This document shows positions 18,401 to 25,353 of a stretch of DNA of 55,724 bases, piece after piece. The position numbers and the translations under genes are program-made. Positions within the stretch are counted from its first letter, which is position 1. Each line of letters begins with the position of its first letter. The notes under the pieces are model-generated. The model was not told the origin of the DNA. It searched no databases and saw only the letters and a list, made by a program, of their open reading frames with translations. The DNA is from a virus. Lineage: Duplodnaviria; Caudoviricetes. The stretch is from positions 1-55,724 of IMG/VR virus record IMGVR_UViG_3300030328_002903, one strand, 5' to 3'.

Positions 18401-19807
18401 ACTACCACCAGTAGGTACAATTTGATTTCCAGTAGGTACAGTGGGGCCTAGATTTCTCATAATATCCGCACCATCCGCGGCATTTTGAGAAGCATATGGA
18501 ATAGTTGTTCCTGCAATATAAGGACTACCCAGACTGTCGTAAAATAAAGTTGAAGCCGTTTGCCCACCACCCGGTAAAGTTACAGTTCCATAATCATCCA
18601 TAACTCCAATGTTCCCCGGACCTTGACCACTTGGATAAGCTGAAGAGTCTATAGCATCATAGTTTGTAGTAGGAGGACCAGAAGTACCCGCTGCTTGTGT
18701 GGCTTGTTGAGCAAGAACATCATCAGAAACTCCTTGATAGTCATCTACCACATCTCCAAACATATTATAGGTTGCCAATTGTTCTGCAGGAGTTATCGCT
18801 CCATCACCATTCAAATCTAACGAAGCGTCATATGATGGGTTAACTATGGTTGTTTCAGTACCCGGTGGACCATAAGTAGGAAAATTAGTTGTTGATCCAT
18901 AACTTGCAGTAGTAGCACCACTTGCGTCTAAATAAGGATCACCACTTAATCCTTGGTTAGAACCAAATAGACCACCTGACGAATCATATAGTTCTTGTTG
19001 TTGTCGTTGTTGTTCCGGAGATAAAGGTATAGATGTTTGTGTAATTTCACCACCCGGTAAAGTTGCCGGACTTCCAGTACCCGGTGGACCATAATTAGGA
19101 TAAGTAGCAGTGGCAGCACCACTTGCGTCTAAATAAGGATCATCACCACTTACTCCACTTGGTGTGGAAGGAGCAAGTTCCGTGGTGTATTGATTTCCTT
19201 TCCAAGTAAAAGTTGATTGACCTGCTCCTCTAGCATCTCCAAAAGCTTGGTCAAAAGACTTACTATCCGTGGTTTTAGTTTTTCCTGTTTGACTACTACC
19301 TGTACCTAAAGGAACAAATCCAGTACCACCACCACTTAAATTAGCCATCGTATCATTAATAAGAGTAGAACCTTGCGACAATAAACCAGATTGATTAAGA
19401 TAATCGGCACGTTGTTGAGCAGCTTCCGGCCCCAAGTTATTAAAAGTAGTTATTACCTGGTCTGCGTAAAAACCCTCCGTTGGCTCAGTAAACCCAAGAG
19501 ACATAGATACGTTTTCACTAAAATTTGTGTGCTGTAAATTAGGAGTCCAATCAAATGCAGATGAGGTAGATGTACTAGATTTGTCTGTAGTTATAGCCGT
19601 GTCACTTACATTCGACATTTGTGCATCGTAGTCTTTATCAGCAAATTCTACTTTCTGTAGACCTTTACCCGCAATATTTACAGCTTGACCATGATAACCT
19701 GCAGCTGCGGCTTCATTTAAATTAGCAAACGTAGGCGTAGTATCTTTTTTCTTATCTTTATCTTTATCGCTACTGCCACCACTACTGCCACCAGAATCTG
19801 CACCCAT
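15446..19807 (-). CDS. very large acidic low-complexity protein with ADP-ribosyltransferase-like domain (polyvalent-type, probably ejected)
   Basis: 1453 aa; VFFRG...GIYMT.SPDYA..FA...VYKIRL...GYDG at ~16120-16640; C-terminal CPEGY..C. Confidence 0.65.
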   Translation of the reverse strand: MGADSGGSSGGSSDKDKDKKKDTTPTFANLNEAAAAGYHGQAVNIAGKGLQKVEFADKDYDAQMSNVSDTAITTDKSSTSTSSAFDWTPNLQHTNFSENVSMSLGFTEPTEGFYADQVITTFNNLGPEAAQQRADYLNQSGLLSQGSTLINDTMANLSGGGTGFVPLGTGSSQTGKTKTTDSKSFDQAFGDARGAGQSTFTWKGNQYTTELAPSTPSGVSGDDPYLDASGAATATYPNYGPPGTGSPATLPGGEITQTSIPLSPEQQRQQQELYDSSGGLFGSNQGLSGDPYLDASGATTASYGSTTNFPTYGPPGTETTIVNPSYDASLDLNGDGAITPAEQLATYNMFGDVVDDYQGVSDDVLAQQATQAAGTSGPPTTNYDAIDSSAYPSGQGPGNIGVMDDYGTVTLPGGGQTASTLFYDSLGSPYIAGTTIPYASQNAADGADIMRNLGPTVPTGNQIVPTGGSGVDTSTLAGIEAASGVTPDKDPTFFDDVKSGLSIYGDIYKSAGGGFWDMLSNTLEGSAKYGDMFASALTPTKGDKVTVLSDLVGSGGYTGEDTGALKFLQDTAQNVRSSMTPGMEERIDQNATFHPDTTLKELLTGQAKMVGGGGMFDDPRALVVKGFEDAYDTGIDVLSGLGLGKKAIPIIMAASTGEAFNSASEGAQNEVSKFVSENPEVIQMIAESKHGGDRGAAEQEIRGAADLIAGAVSGPVGGLGDTLLASGVGKIATATGLSNLPKAVKVPAGGMFAGWTGGVTEYGEKVGENLAANRALGIPITVANLTKGAAAQGGQGVLGQGTSGSVSTGVASVLPTSIGNQVTISPNFPNYGPPGGITNIIPPSGDPGAFTTSDNTTTPIVDLGTAGTAAQAPPTLLQTGGPGTFPVAPNTASTQEMIIADAAIGSIIENSVDADGNVVLSGETVNQLKAISDQTGITAQQIENIIRTKGFTVDLTTPIETDQAAVAQTISNIIAGSPTDQASGLKVPSAEETAGIATLANNVGMSKNELDNIVANNNGAPYISAVAADVDAAANQGLDESGLEIPAAEVYKTKDIGVTDDVFFRGEDSGRSLEGFDADTSFTDPIDGSIILDEKGDGIYMTKSPDYASTFANARGAGNPMVYKIRLKEGTKLFDYQSENDLKVAEDFYNKNKKKIDNSYYNQEKTFMEDIKIGDYNAFENPFGEKAPGAKSENFQAYLQEQGYDGHKTGDTSPGSKKEFGNVKVYSGDSLVSAFDSSLQQQQQFATAGTDPAGIASVDPNADTTVDFTVDPNADTTVNVDAAVDAAVDPNVDVTTGVTTDVTTDVNPGVTTDVTTDVNPETETSTMITTDQPFEEDEDEIIVETTEEEDEVTTDPPPSVPPGTYDETPPVGPIVPPESSTDENGDPVYSCPEGYKLVKGADGMQCFRTTTEQRMRKGIGTRAYTRVNPSRYRRGQRSVDLQKTESTPVIVET
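15846..16040. repeat. intragenic tandem repeats (TTDV / VDPNADTTV coding)
   Basis: gtaacgtcagta 12-mers and duplicated gtggtgtctgcattaggatctactg. Confidence 0.8.
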
Positions 19808-19809
19808 AA

Positions 19810-20265
19810 CTACTCTCCTTTTAGTCTATACGTATATCCAACTTGATCATAACCAAGTTTCTTCATCATTCGATTAAACGTTTCGCCCCTTATATCAGTC
19901 GTGAATCCTAGTCTCGTTTCGGAAACTCCTCGATCCATCGCCCATAATTCAAACATATCCAAAAGTCTTAAAGACACTCTCGTTCCTCTTTTCTTAGGAA
20001 TAACATACCACGCAACATCATTTGCAACAAGCTCATCACTAAAAAAATATTTTGAAACAAATCCTGCATATAAACCTAATGGTTCCTCTTCTTCAACCGC
20101 CAAAAAAATAATATTGTTTAAATCTTCCACGTAATTTTTAAAAGTATATAAAAGCCTATCCTCACTAAACTTTAAATGAGAGTAACTACTCTCCTCATGC
20201 ATTAACCTTCCCAGTTTTAAAACCCTACCAAAATCAGAATCCGTAGCCTCCCTATATTCTATCAT
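19810..20265 (-). CDS. GNAT-family acetyltransferase
   Basis: IEYREAT..D, WYV.P.KRG....RLL...E.WA..RG, KLGY. Confidence 0.85.
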   Translation of the reverse strand: MIEYREATDSDFGRVLKLGRLMHEESSYSHLKFSEDRLLYTFKNYVEDLNNIIFLAVEEEEPLGLYAGFVSKYFFSDELVANDVAWYVIPKKRGTRVSLRLLDMFELWAMDRGVSETRLGFTTDIRGETFNRMMKKLGYDQVGYTYRLKGE

Positions 20266-20996
20266 ATTTTAGTTTGCTTCTTACCTTGATTATATAAACT
20301 CGCTACTCCACCCGGGGCAGAATATTTGGCAATGTTCCCTATACCGGGAATACCCATCTTGCTTAAAGGACTCGTATCACCCTTAGCCTTTATACCCATT
20401 AATGCAGGAGGTCTAGGCATGGGTCTTTTACTTCCACCAAATAAATCCTCAATCATCCGGTTGATCTGCTTCTGCGTTGTCGCATCTATTCCTCCACCAC
20501 CTGAACCAAGGTTCGAGGGGCGAGAAAGAGGAGCCGAGGTTCCATCCGTAGACTCCAAACCTAACTTGGATGCCTCGGCAAGCCTTGGATCAACCTGCCC
20601 ACCTTGATAACCAACCATAATATTACGAACATATCTTTGCGTCTCAGGATAATTAGGAATCTTGTTCCCCGCACCTTTAATCACGCCAGGTCCAGCATTA
20701 TACGCTGCCAACCCTAAAGGGTATCCTCCAAACTCATCAACCATAGCTTTCAAATATTGAGCACTAAATCTCAAATTCTCTATTGGATCATACCGATCCT
20801 CAATAGGCTTTACGCCATATCCCGGTTGAATCCCCGTTGGTTTAGTTATTTGACCAAGACCCACAGCTCCAGACTTCTTGTTCTTGGCATTAGGATTAAA
20901 ATTACTCTCCTGTTCTATCATTTTCTCAAAGATAATAGGGTCTACCCCATACCTCTCTGCCATACCTCTCGCCTGCATTCGTAACTGTTTTGACAT
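20262..20996 (-). CDS. virion-associated lytic transglycosylase (SLT domain)
   Basis: QESNFNPNA...GAVGLGQ...LAAYNAGPG...ETQRYV; start taken at MSKQL. Confidence 0.88.
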   Translation of the reverse strand: MSKQLRMQARGMAERYGVDPIIFEKMIEQESNFNPNAKNKKSGAVGLGQITKPTGIQPGYGVKPIEDRYDPIENLRFSAQYLKAMVDEFGGYPLGLAAYNAGPGVIKGAGNKIPNYPETQRYVRNIMVGYQGGQVDPRLAEASKLGLESTDGTSAPLSRPSNLGSGGGGIDATTQKQINRMIEDLFGGSKRPMPRPPALMGIKAKGDTSPLSKMGIPGIGNIAKYSAPGGVASLYNQGKKQTKI

Positions 20997-21094
20997 ATTC
21001 TCGCCCCACGCTCCTGATAAAAATCCCCAAATTAGCAGAAGTATAAGCCATTTCCAAATGAAAATACAGTTGAAATTTTTTTTAGGGTAAAAAA

Positions 21095-21478
21095 TTACTT
21101 TATTTCCTTCCAATGAAGAATCCGATGACAGTTGCTACAAAGAGGGATACACTTCTTTTCTATCTCTTCAGTCGCGGCAGAATACCTTCCATCTTTTACT
21201 AACTGATTTACTGCCCTATTGGAAGGATCCTTCTTTATGTGATGAAAGTCAATAGCAGCAGGATGAGAAAATCCACATTCCGTACAAGATAAAGTGGCTT
21301 TCCAAGTCATCCACTCCTTATGCCTCCTCTTTCGGTTTGCCCTTGTTCGAGCTTTGTGAACCTCTGCGTTCTTCTTGTACCACATTCGTTGGTATTCCCT
21401 TTTTCTCTCTGTAATTTCTACAAGGGTCCTCGCTTCTTGAATAATCTTTAGAAGTTTTTCTTTGCGTGGATTGCCCAT
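21095..21478 (-). CDS. HNH endonuclease
   Basis: CTECG...DFHH...C..LCSNCHR..H; start could extend to 21493. Confidence 0.8.
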   Translation of the reverse strand: MGNPRKEKLLKIIQEARTLVEITERKREYQRMWYKKNAEVHKARTRANRKRRHKEWMTWKATLSCTECGFSHPAAIDFHHIKKDPSNRAVNQLVKDGRYSAATEEIEKKCIPLCSNCHRILHWKEIK

Positions 21479-21612
21479 TAAAATTATACCCAAATGAATT
21501 TATGGAACTGTACTAAAAGGTGCTCGTAGATTCAATCCCCCCCTAATATATGGGGGTACCCCTATTGCATTGACCCCATGAACGCTTTCCATATGGCTCA
21601 GTAACCCCCAAA

Positions 21613-21738
21613 GAACAAAACGTGAACATGAGAACATAAGGAACATAAGGAACAAAACGTGAACATTAAGACTCAGAGAACATAAGGAACAAAAGGTGAA
21701 CATTAAGACTCAGAGAACATGAGAACAAAACGTGAACA
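21613..21738. promoter_or_regulatory. array of 12 GAACA units forming four GAAC-N7-GAAC (alphaproteobacterial LexA/SOS-box type) direct repeats
   Basis: GAAC pairs at 21613/21624, 21650/21661, 21687/21698, 21723/21734; 37-nt unit duplicated at 21641-21714. Confidence 0.6.
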
Positions 21739-21768
21739 AATAAATATAAATAAATTGTATTTTAGTTG

Positions 21769-21797
21769 TTGACTATTTGTAAAAAGATAATTAAAAT
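21769..21797 (+). promoter_or_regulatory. sigma70 early promoter
   Basis: TTGACT-N17-TAAAAT with AT-rich UP region. Confidence 0.75.
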
Positions 21798-21835
21798 AAA
21801 TATATTATTTTAACATAACAAAGAAAGATTACATT

Positions 21836-22063
21836 ATGATAAATACAAATAGAATAGAAAAGTTCTTTTCAAATACAGATCTTGAACTTGACGAAGCAAA
21901 GAACAATCATAAACTTTTAAAAGAACTTATTAGAAACCTTCAAAAAACAGAGAAGGTTTTTAAAGAAGAAATGGTCAAAAAAGGTTTTGCTAATATCACA
22001 ACTCAAGAAGTTGATGGATATACAGTAAAAGCATTTACCAAAAAGATTTTCACATTTAAATAA
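21836..22063 (+). CDS. early hypothetical protein
   Basis: 75 aa, first gene after the promoter. Confidence 0.7.
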   Translation: MINTNRIEKFFSNTDLELDEAKNNHKLLKELIRNLQKTEKVFKEEMVKKGFANITTQEVDGYTVKAFTKKIFTFK

Positions 22064-22070
22064 TTCATTT

Positions 22071-22105
22071 GTGGCTAGATTGTATTCGTGTTACAATCTA
22101 GCTAC
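22071..22105 (+). promoter_or_regulatory. 35-nt palindrome copy 1 containing TTGTGG-N17-TACAAT promoter-like element
   Basis: gtggctagattgta-ttcgtgt-tacaatctagctac. Confidence 0.65.
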
Positions 22106-22152
22106 TTTATAGCATTTTTTGAAGAGATGATAATCAAGGGAGGATTGCACAA

Positions 22153-22488
22153 ATGAGTAAGGAAGTAAGAAAAAATTCTAGGTATCAGTTCTGTCTGATA
22201 CCTAACGACGAGATGGGCAACGCATATATTAAGATGCTTAAGACCTATCTTAATAAAGATCGTTATTATATTACTGTTAAAGGCCAACATGTAGACAAAG
22301 AGAAGTTTCCAAACGCTTCTACTTATCATGGGGCTGCTCGCAAGGCATGTAAGTTTTTAAGAGTTTACATCAATGAAAGACAAGACGTTACCAAGAATAA
22401 TTACTTTGACTGGAAAGAAAACGCATTGAATGTAGCAATAACAGTACTAGAAAATGAAAGGAGGAAAGTAGAAAACTATAGAAGATAA
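22153..22488 (+). CDS. early hypothetical protein
   Basis: 111 aa, GGGAGG SD. Confidence 0.75.
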   Translation: MSKEVRKNSRYQFCLIPNDEMGNAYIKMLKTYLNKDRYYITVKGQHVDKEKFPNASTYHGAARKACKFLRVYINERQDVTKNNYFDWKENALNVAITVLENERRKVENYRR

Positions 22489-22493
22489 AACTT

Positions 22494-22528
22494 GTAGCTA
22501 GATTGTATTCGTGTTACAATCTAGCTAC
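22494..22528 (+). promoter_or_regulatory. 35-nt palindrome copy 2 containing TTGTAG-N17-TACAAT promoter-like element
   Basis: perfect 14-bp arms, 7-nt loop. Confidence 0.65.
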
Positions 22529-22556
22529 TCAATAATTTAACAAGGAAGGATATATT

Positions 22557-22823
22557 ATGAGTAATCCATTTGGAAAAACTAGAAAAGAAAGTGAGCCATA
22601 TGCAATTTATGCGAACTCACAAGGTTGGATATGGAAAGTATTAAAGACCTACAAGAAACCAGAAAACGAGAAGAAAGATCAATACGCTCGTTGGTTTGTT
22701 TCTGCTACATCACCACTAATGCAAGGAGGAGGTTTTGAAATGGGGGATACATATGCCAAAGAGATCTTGTCATATGGCTCATTAATCGAAGCTTCTGACG
22801 AATGGAAAGAAGCTTATGCTTAA
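22557..22823 (+). CDS. conserved early phage hypothetical protein
   Basis: NPFGKTR...PYAIY...W.WKVLKTY...YARWFV; AAGGA SD. Confidence 0.8.
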   Translation: MSNPFGKTRKESEPYAIYANSQGWIWKVLKTYKKPENEKKDQYARWFVSATSPLMQGGGFEMGDTYAKEILSYGSLIEASDEWKEAYA

Positions 22824-22826
22824 CCC

Positions 22827-22860
22827 AAAATGGGAGGTCGAAAGACCTCCCATTTTATTT
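22827..22860 (+). terminator. Rho-independent terminator
   Basis: AAAATGGGAGGTC-GAAA-GACCTCCCATTTT then T-rich tail. Confidence 0.9.
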
Positions 22861-22883
22861 ATAATATTTTATATAGAGTTATA

Positions 22884-22955
22884 GAGTCGCAAGGCCGCAA
22901 CGAGTCGCAAGGCCGCAACGAGTCGCAAAGCTGCAACGAGTCGCAAAGCTGCAAA
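22884..22955. repeat. 4 x 18-bp tandem repeat GAGTCGCAA(G/A)GC(C/T)GCAA(C/A)
   Basis: units at 22884, 22902, 22920, 22938. Confidence 0.95.
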
Positions 22956-22984
22956 GACTAAACAAAACTAGGTAAAAAAATAAT

Positions 22985-23013
22985 TTGTAAATCTATATAA
23001 AATATTATACAAT
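22985..23013 (+). promoter_or_regulatory. sigma70-like promoter
   Basis: TTGTAA-N17-TACAAT. Confidence 0.6.
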
Positions 23014-23048
23014 ATAACCACAAGTTAACTATCACAAGGAAGACAAAG

Positions 23049-23750
23049 ATGTTTAACATTCAGAAACAATCTGGAATAATTTATCAAGGACCAAGCGTCA
23101 TTGACCAAGAGCCTATTGTTGCAATTGCAATGTATTCTAAAGCCAATACAAAAACCGGTAACGTTTTGCAAACGTATATCTTGGTTGATGGTATACCGCC
23201 ACTTGAAGCAAGCAAAACCGGTGCAGACTTTTCTATTTGTGGTGACTGTATTATGCGAGGCGAGGCAAACAACGAGCCAGAACGCAAGCAAGCAAAAAAC
23301 CGGCGGTGTTATGTTAACCTTGGACAAGGACCAACCATCGTTTATAAATCTTACATTAAAGGAAATTATGAACCGGCCTTTTCTTCATTGGCTGCATTAG
23401 GTCGTAATCGTTTTGTTAGAGTCGGGACCTATGGCGATCCCGGAGCCGTACCCAATTATGTTTGGGATGAGCTATTAAGTGAGGCGGAAACTTGGACGGC
23501 CTATACACACCGAACAAACTGGCGACCAGATATTGCGATGCAATCCGCCGACAATTATTTACAAGCAACCATGCAATGGAAGCAACGCAATAGAACGTTC
23601 CGAGTTATTGCCGACCTTGGCGAATTAGATAAAAACAACGAGGCCTTATGTCCGGCATCAAAAGAGGCTGGTCGACGGGTTCAATGTACAGCTTGTAAAT
23701 TATGCAAGGGTAATAGTCTTGCAAAATCTATTGCAATAGTCGAGCACTAG
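23049..23750 (+). CDS. Cys-rich protein, gp88-like/radical-SAM-related fold (tentative)
   Basis: N.KTG, ICGDC, CYV, R.GTYGDP, YTH, CPA...CTACKLC. Confidence 0.55.
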   Translation: MFNIQKQSGIIYQGPSVIDQEPIVAIAMYSKANTKTGNVLQTYILVDGIPPLEASKTGADFSICGDCIMRGEANNEPERKQAKNRRCYVNLGQGPTIVYKSYIKGNYEPAFSSLAALGRNRFVRVGTYGDPGAVPNYVWDELLSEAETWTAYTHRTNWRPDIAMQSADNYLQATMQWKQRNRTFRVIADLGELDKNNEALCPASKEAGRRVQCTACKLCKGNSLAKSIAIVEH

Positions 23751-23796
23751 ATATATAATAAGTGACTAACAATTTTAATTATAACAAGGAAAAAAT

Positions 23797-23958
23797 ATGA
23801 AAAAGATAACACAAGAATTATTATCAAGAAAATTCATAAAAAACAATATCAAGCTGCAAAGCAAAGAATCAATCTTTGAATATGTATTTAACAATGCAGT
23901 ACAAGTAGCAAACAATAAAAAAGGGAGAAAAAATTATGTTAATAGAAAATCCAGGTAG
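23797..23958 (+). CDS. 53-aa basic hypothetical protein (not in ORF track)
   Basis: AAGGA SD, ATG 23797. Confidence 0.5.
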   Translation: MKKITQELLSRKFIKNNIKLQSKESIFEYVFNNAVQVANNKKGRKNYVNRKSR

Positions 23959-24145
23959 ACCTGAAATACAAGCAACGTTTTTAATTTCACATCTTAAACT
24001 CATGCAGATTGGCATGAAAAACTCAAGACTTAGTGGAACAAAAATGTTAGAACTAGCAACCAACATTACCGGCAACAAATACAAGCGAGGACAATACATC
24101 CAAGCAATAGCCGATCTCGCAGAGTTTAAAAAAGCATATGCTTAA
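23936..24145 (+). CDS. hypothetical protein
   Basis: 69 aa, GGGAG SD; TG.KYKRGQY motif. Confidence 0.75.
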   Translation: MLIENPGRPEIQATFLISHLKLMQIGMKNSRLSGTKMLELATNITGNKYKRGQYIQAIADLAEFKKAYA

Positions 24146-24160
24146 AAAGTTTCTTCCTTG

Positions 24161-24190
24161 GCCCCGGTGCTTGCACCGGGGTTTTTTATT
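24161..24190 (+). terminator. Rho-independent terminator
   Basis: GCCCCGGTG-CTTG-CACCGGGGT followed by TTTTT. Confidence 0.9.
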
Positions 24191-24222
24191 TCTGGACCTT
24201 GGACCTAAACTGGTTCTTGGTT

Positions 24223-24642
24223 CTAGTTTATTAGTTGTCTGCAATAATGATCCAGAACGAGAGGTCGCAGAGCCGCAAAGAAAGACGCAAAGTCGCAAAG
24301 TCGCAAAGTGTAAAAAGGAGACAAGTCGCAAAGTCCTTGTTCCAAGAGTCTTGCACCTTGATCCCCCCGAAATAAAAAAAGGTTCTTTGAAGAGAGGCTC
24401 TTCACCAAGAAGAAATTTAACCCACCTTTTAAGGAATATGAATAATTCCACGCTATTTGTTGAGGGGAGATTTTTACGCTATTGTTTTTTGTTGTTTTTA
24501 ATTCCATCCAAAAAGGTAGGCCATCCCAAAGAATATGAACGTCTGGAATACCACCACCAGTTCTATTTTCTATCCTCGTTGCTATCGTGTTGGAGGGTAA
24601 GTTCTTCTTTAGCTGGTGCCACAAGTTCGCTTCTTTTGTCAT
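24223..24642 (-). CDS. VRR-NUC / PD-(D/E)xK nuclease (resolvase-like)
   Basis: E..LW...RIEN....GIPD......FWMELK......SPQQIAW. Confidence 0.8.
   Translation of the reverse strand: MTKEANLWHQLKKNLPSNTIATRIENRTGGGIPDVHILWDGLPFWMELKTTKNNSVKISPQQIAWNYSYSLKGGLNFFLVKSLSSKNLFLFRGDQGARLLEQGLCDLSPFYTLRLCDFASFFAALRPLVLDHYCRQLIN
24262..24335. repeat. imperfect GTCGCAAAG repeat cluster
   Basis: gtcgcagagccgcaaagaaagacgcaaagtcgcaaagtcgcaaag...agtcgcaaag. Confidence 0.8.
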
Positions 24643-25099
24643 CTGTTACATCCTTATACTCTGCATCTATTACAAATGCTTGGGGGTATTTTTTTCGTAG
24701 GTCATCTAGTCTTGCAACAATTTCATCTCTGGATAATTGATCAAGACTATGAGTTGTTTCTCTTCTATCAATAGTAAGACCACCAAGTGCAGACCTAATC
24801 TTCTCAGCATTAATAGCTGCAGAAAATTGACCTTCATCTTCAGCCCCAAGAGAAAGTTTATGCAACCTTTCAAGTTGTCCAATCAAAGTGACTCCATACT
24901 TTCTTTCCTTTTCTTCTCGAAGTTCTGTTATGTATTCGAGAACGTGAGGGTAATCTCTTCCATTAAGAAGTCTGGAAGCATATTCATTTGCTCTTTCTTC
25001 TGCAAAACCAGAGAGCCTAGCACACTCTGCATTACTATAGATTCCTTCAACAATTTTTTGAGCAAAAGTTCTTTGTCTGTTCGTAAGTTTATTTTTCAT
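24563..25099 (-). CDS. terS: terminase small subunit
   Basis: LT.RQ..FA........NA..AR..G......ASRLL...P.V..YI HTH pattern of the Terminase_2 family. Confidence 0.8.
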   Translation of the reverse strand: MKNKLTNRQRTFAQKIVEGIYSNAECARLSGFAEERANEYASRLLNGRDYPHVLEYITELREEKERKYGVTLIGQLERLHKLSLGAEDEGQFSAAINAEKIRSALGGLTIDRRETTHSLDQLSRDEIVARLDDLRKKYPQAFVIDAEYKDVTDDKRSELVAPAKEELTLQHDSNEDRK

Positions 25100-25188
25100 A
25101 GCAACCTCAGTTGTTCATTATCTACAATATTATTACAAAAGAATATTTTTTTCAAGATACCTCTTTTAAGGGTTTTAGGTACAAAAAG

Positions 25189-25350
25189 TGTAAACAACGT
25201 AAACCATTGTAAACACCCAAGGGCATGTTTGAGCCTTGATTTATTGGGGGTGTTTACGTTGTTTACAAGATTTACAAGCAAAACCACTTCATTTTTTTTT
25301 TTTTTTATTTTTCTACAAAATACTGTAAATAGCGTAAATATGTAAACAAG
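25189..25350. repeat. GTAAAC iteron-like direct/inverted repeats with T15 tract (candidate origin/operator)
   Basis: perfect 16-bp inverted repeat 25189-25204 / 25252-25267. Confidence 0.65.
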
Positions 25351-25353
25351 GGG

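Noticed and set aside
21500-21703. 67-aa minus-strand ORF
   Set aside because: Translation of the GAACA repeat array; no SD.
21613-21738. parS sites (AACGTGAAC resembles half of GTTTCACGTGAAAC)
   Set aside because: Not palindromic and no par genes; the direct GAAC-N7-GAAC reading fits better.
21613-22955. Repeat arrays as a CRISPR or mini-CRISPR array
   Set aside because: Units are contiguous or have repeated, non-unique spacers; no cas genes seen.
24053-25345. ORFs 24053-24451(-), 24138-24740(+), 24737-25345(+), 25096-25287(-)
   Set aside because: Cross terminators or repeats, or are antisense shadows of terS and the nuclease.
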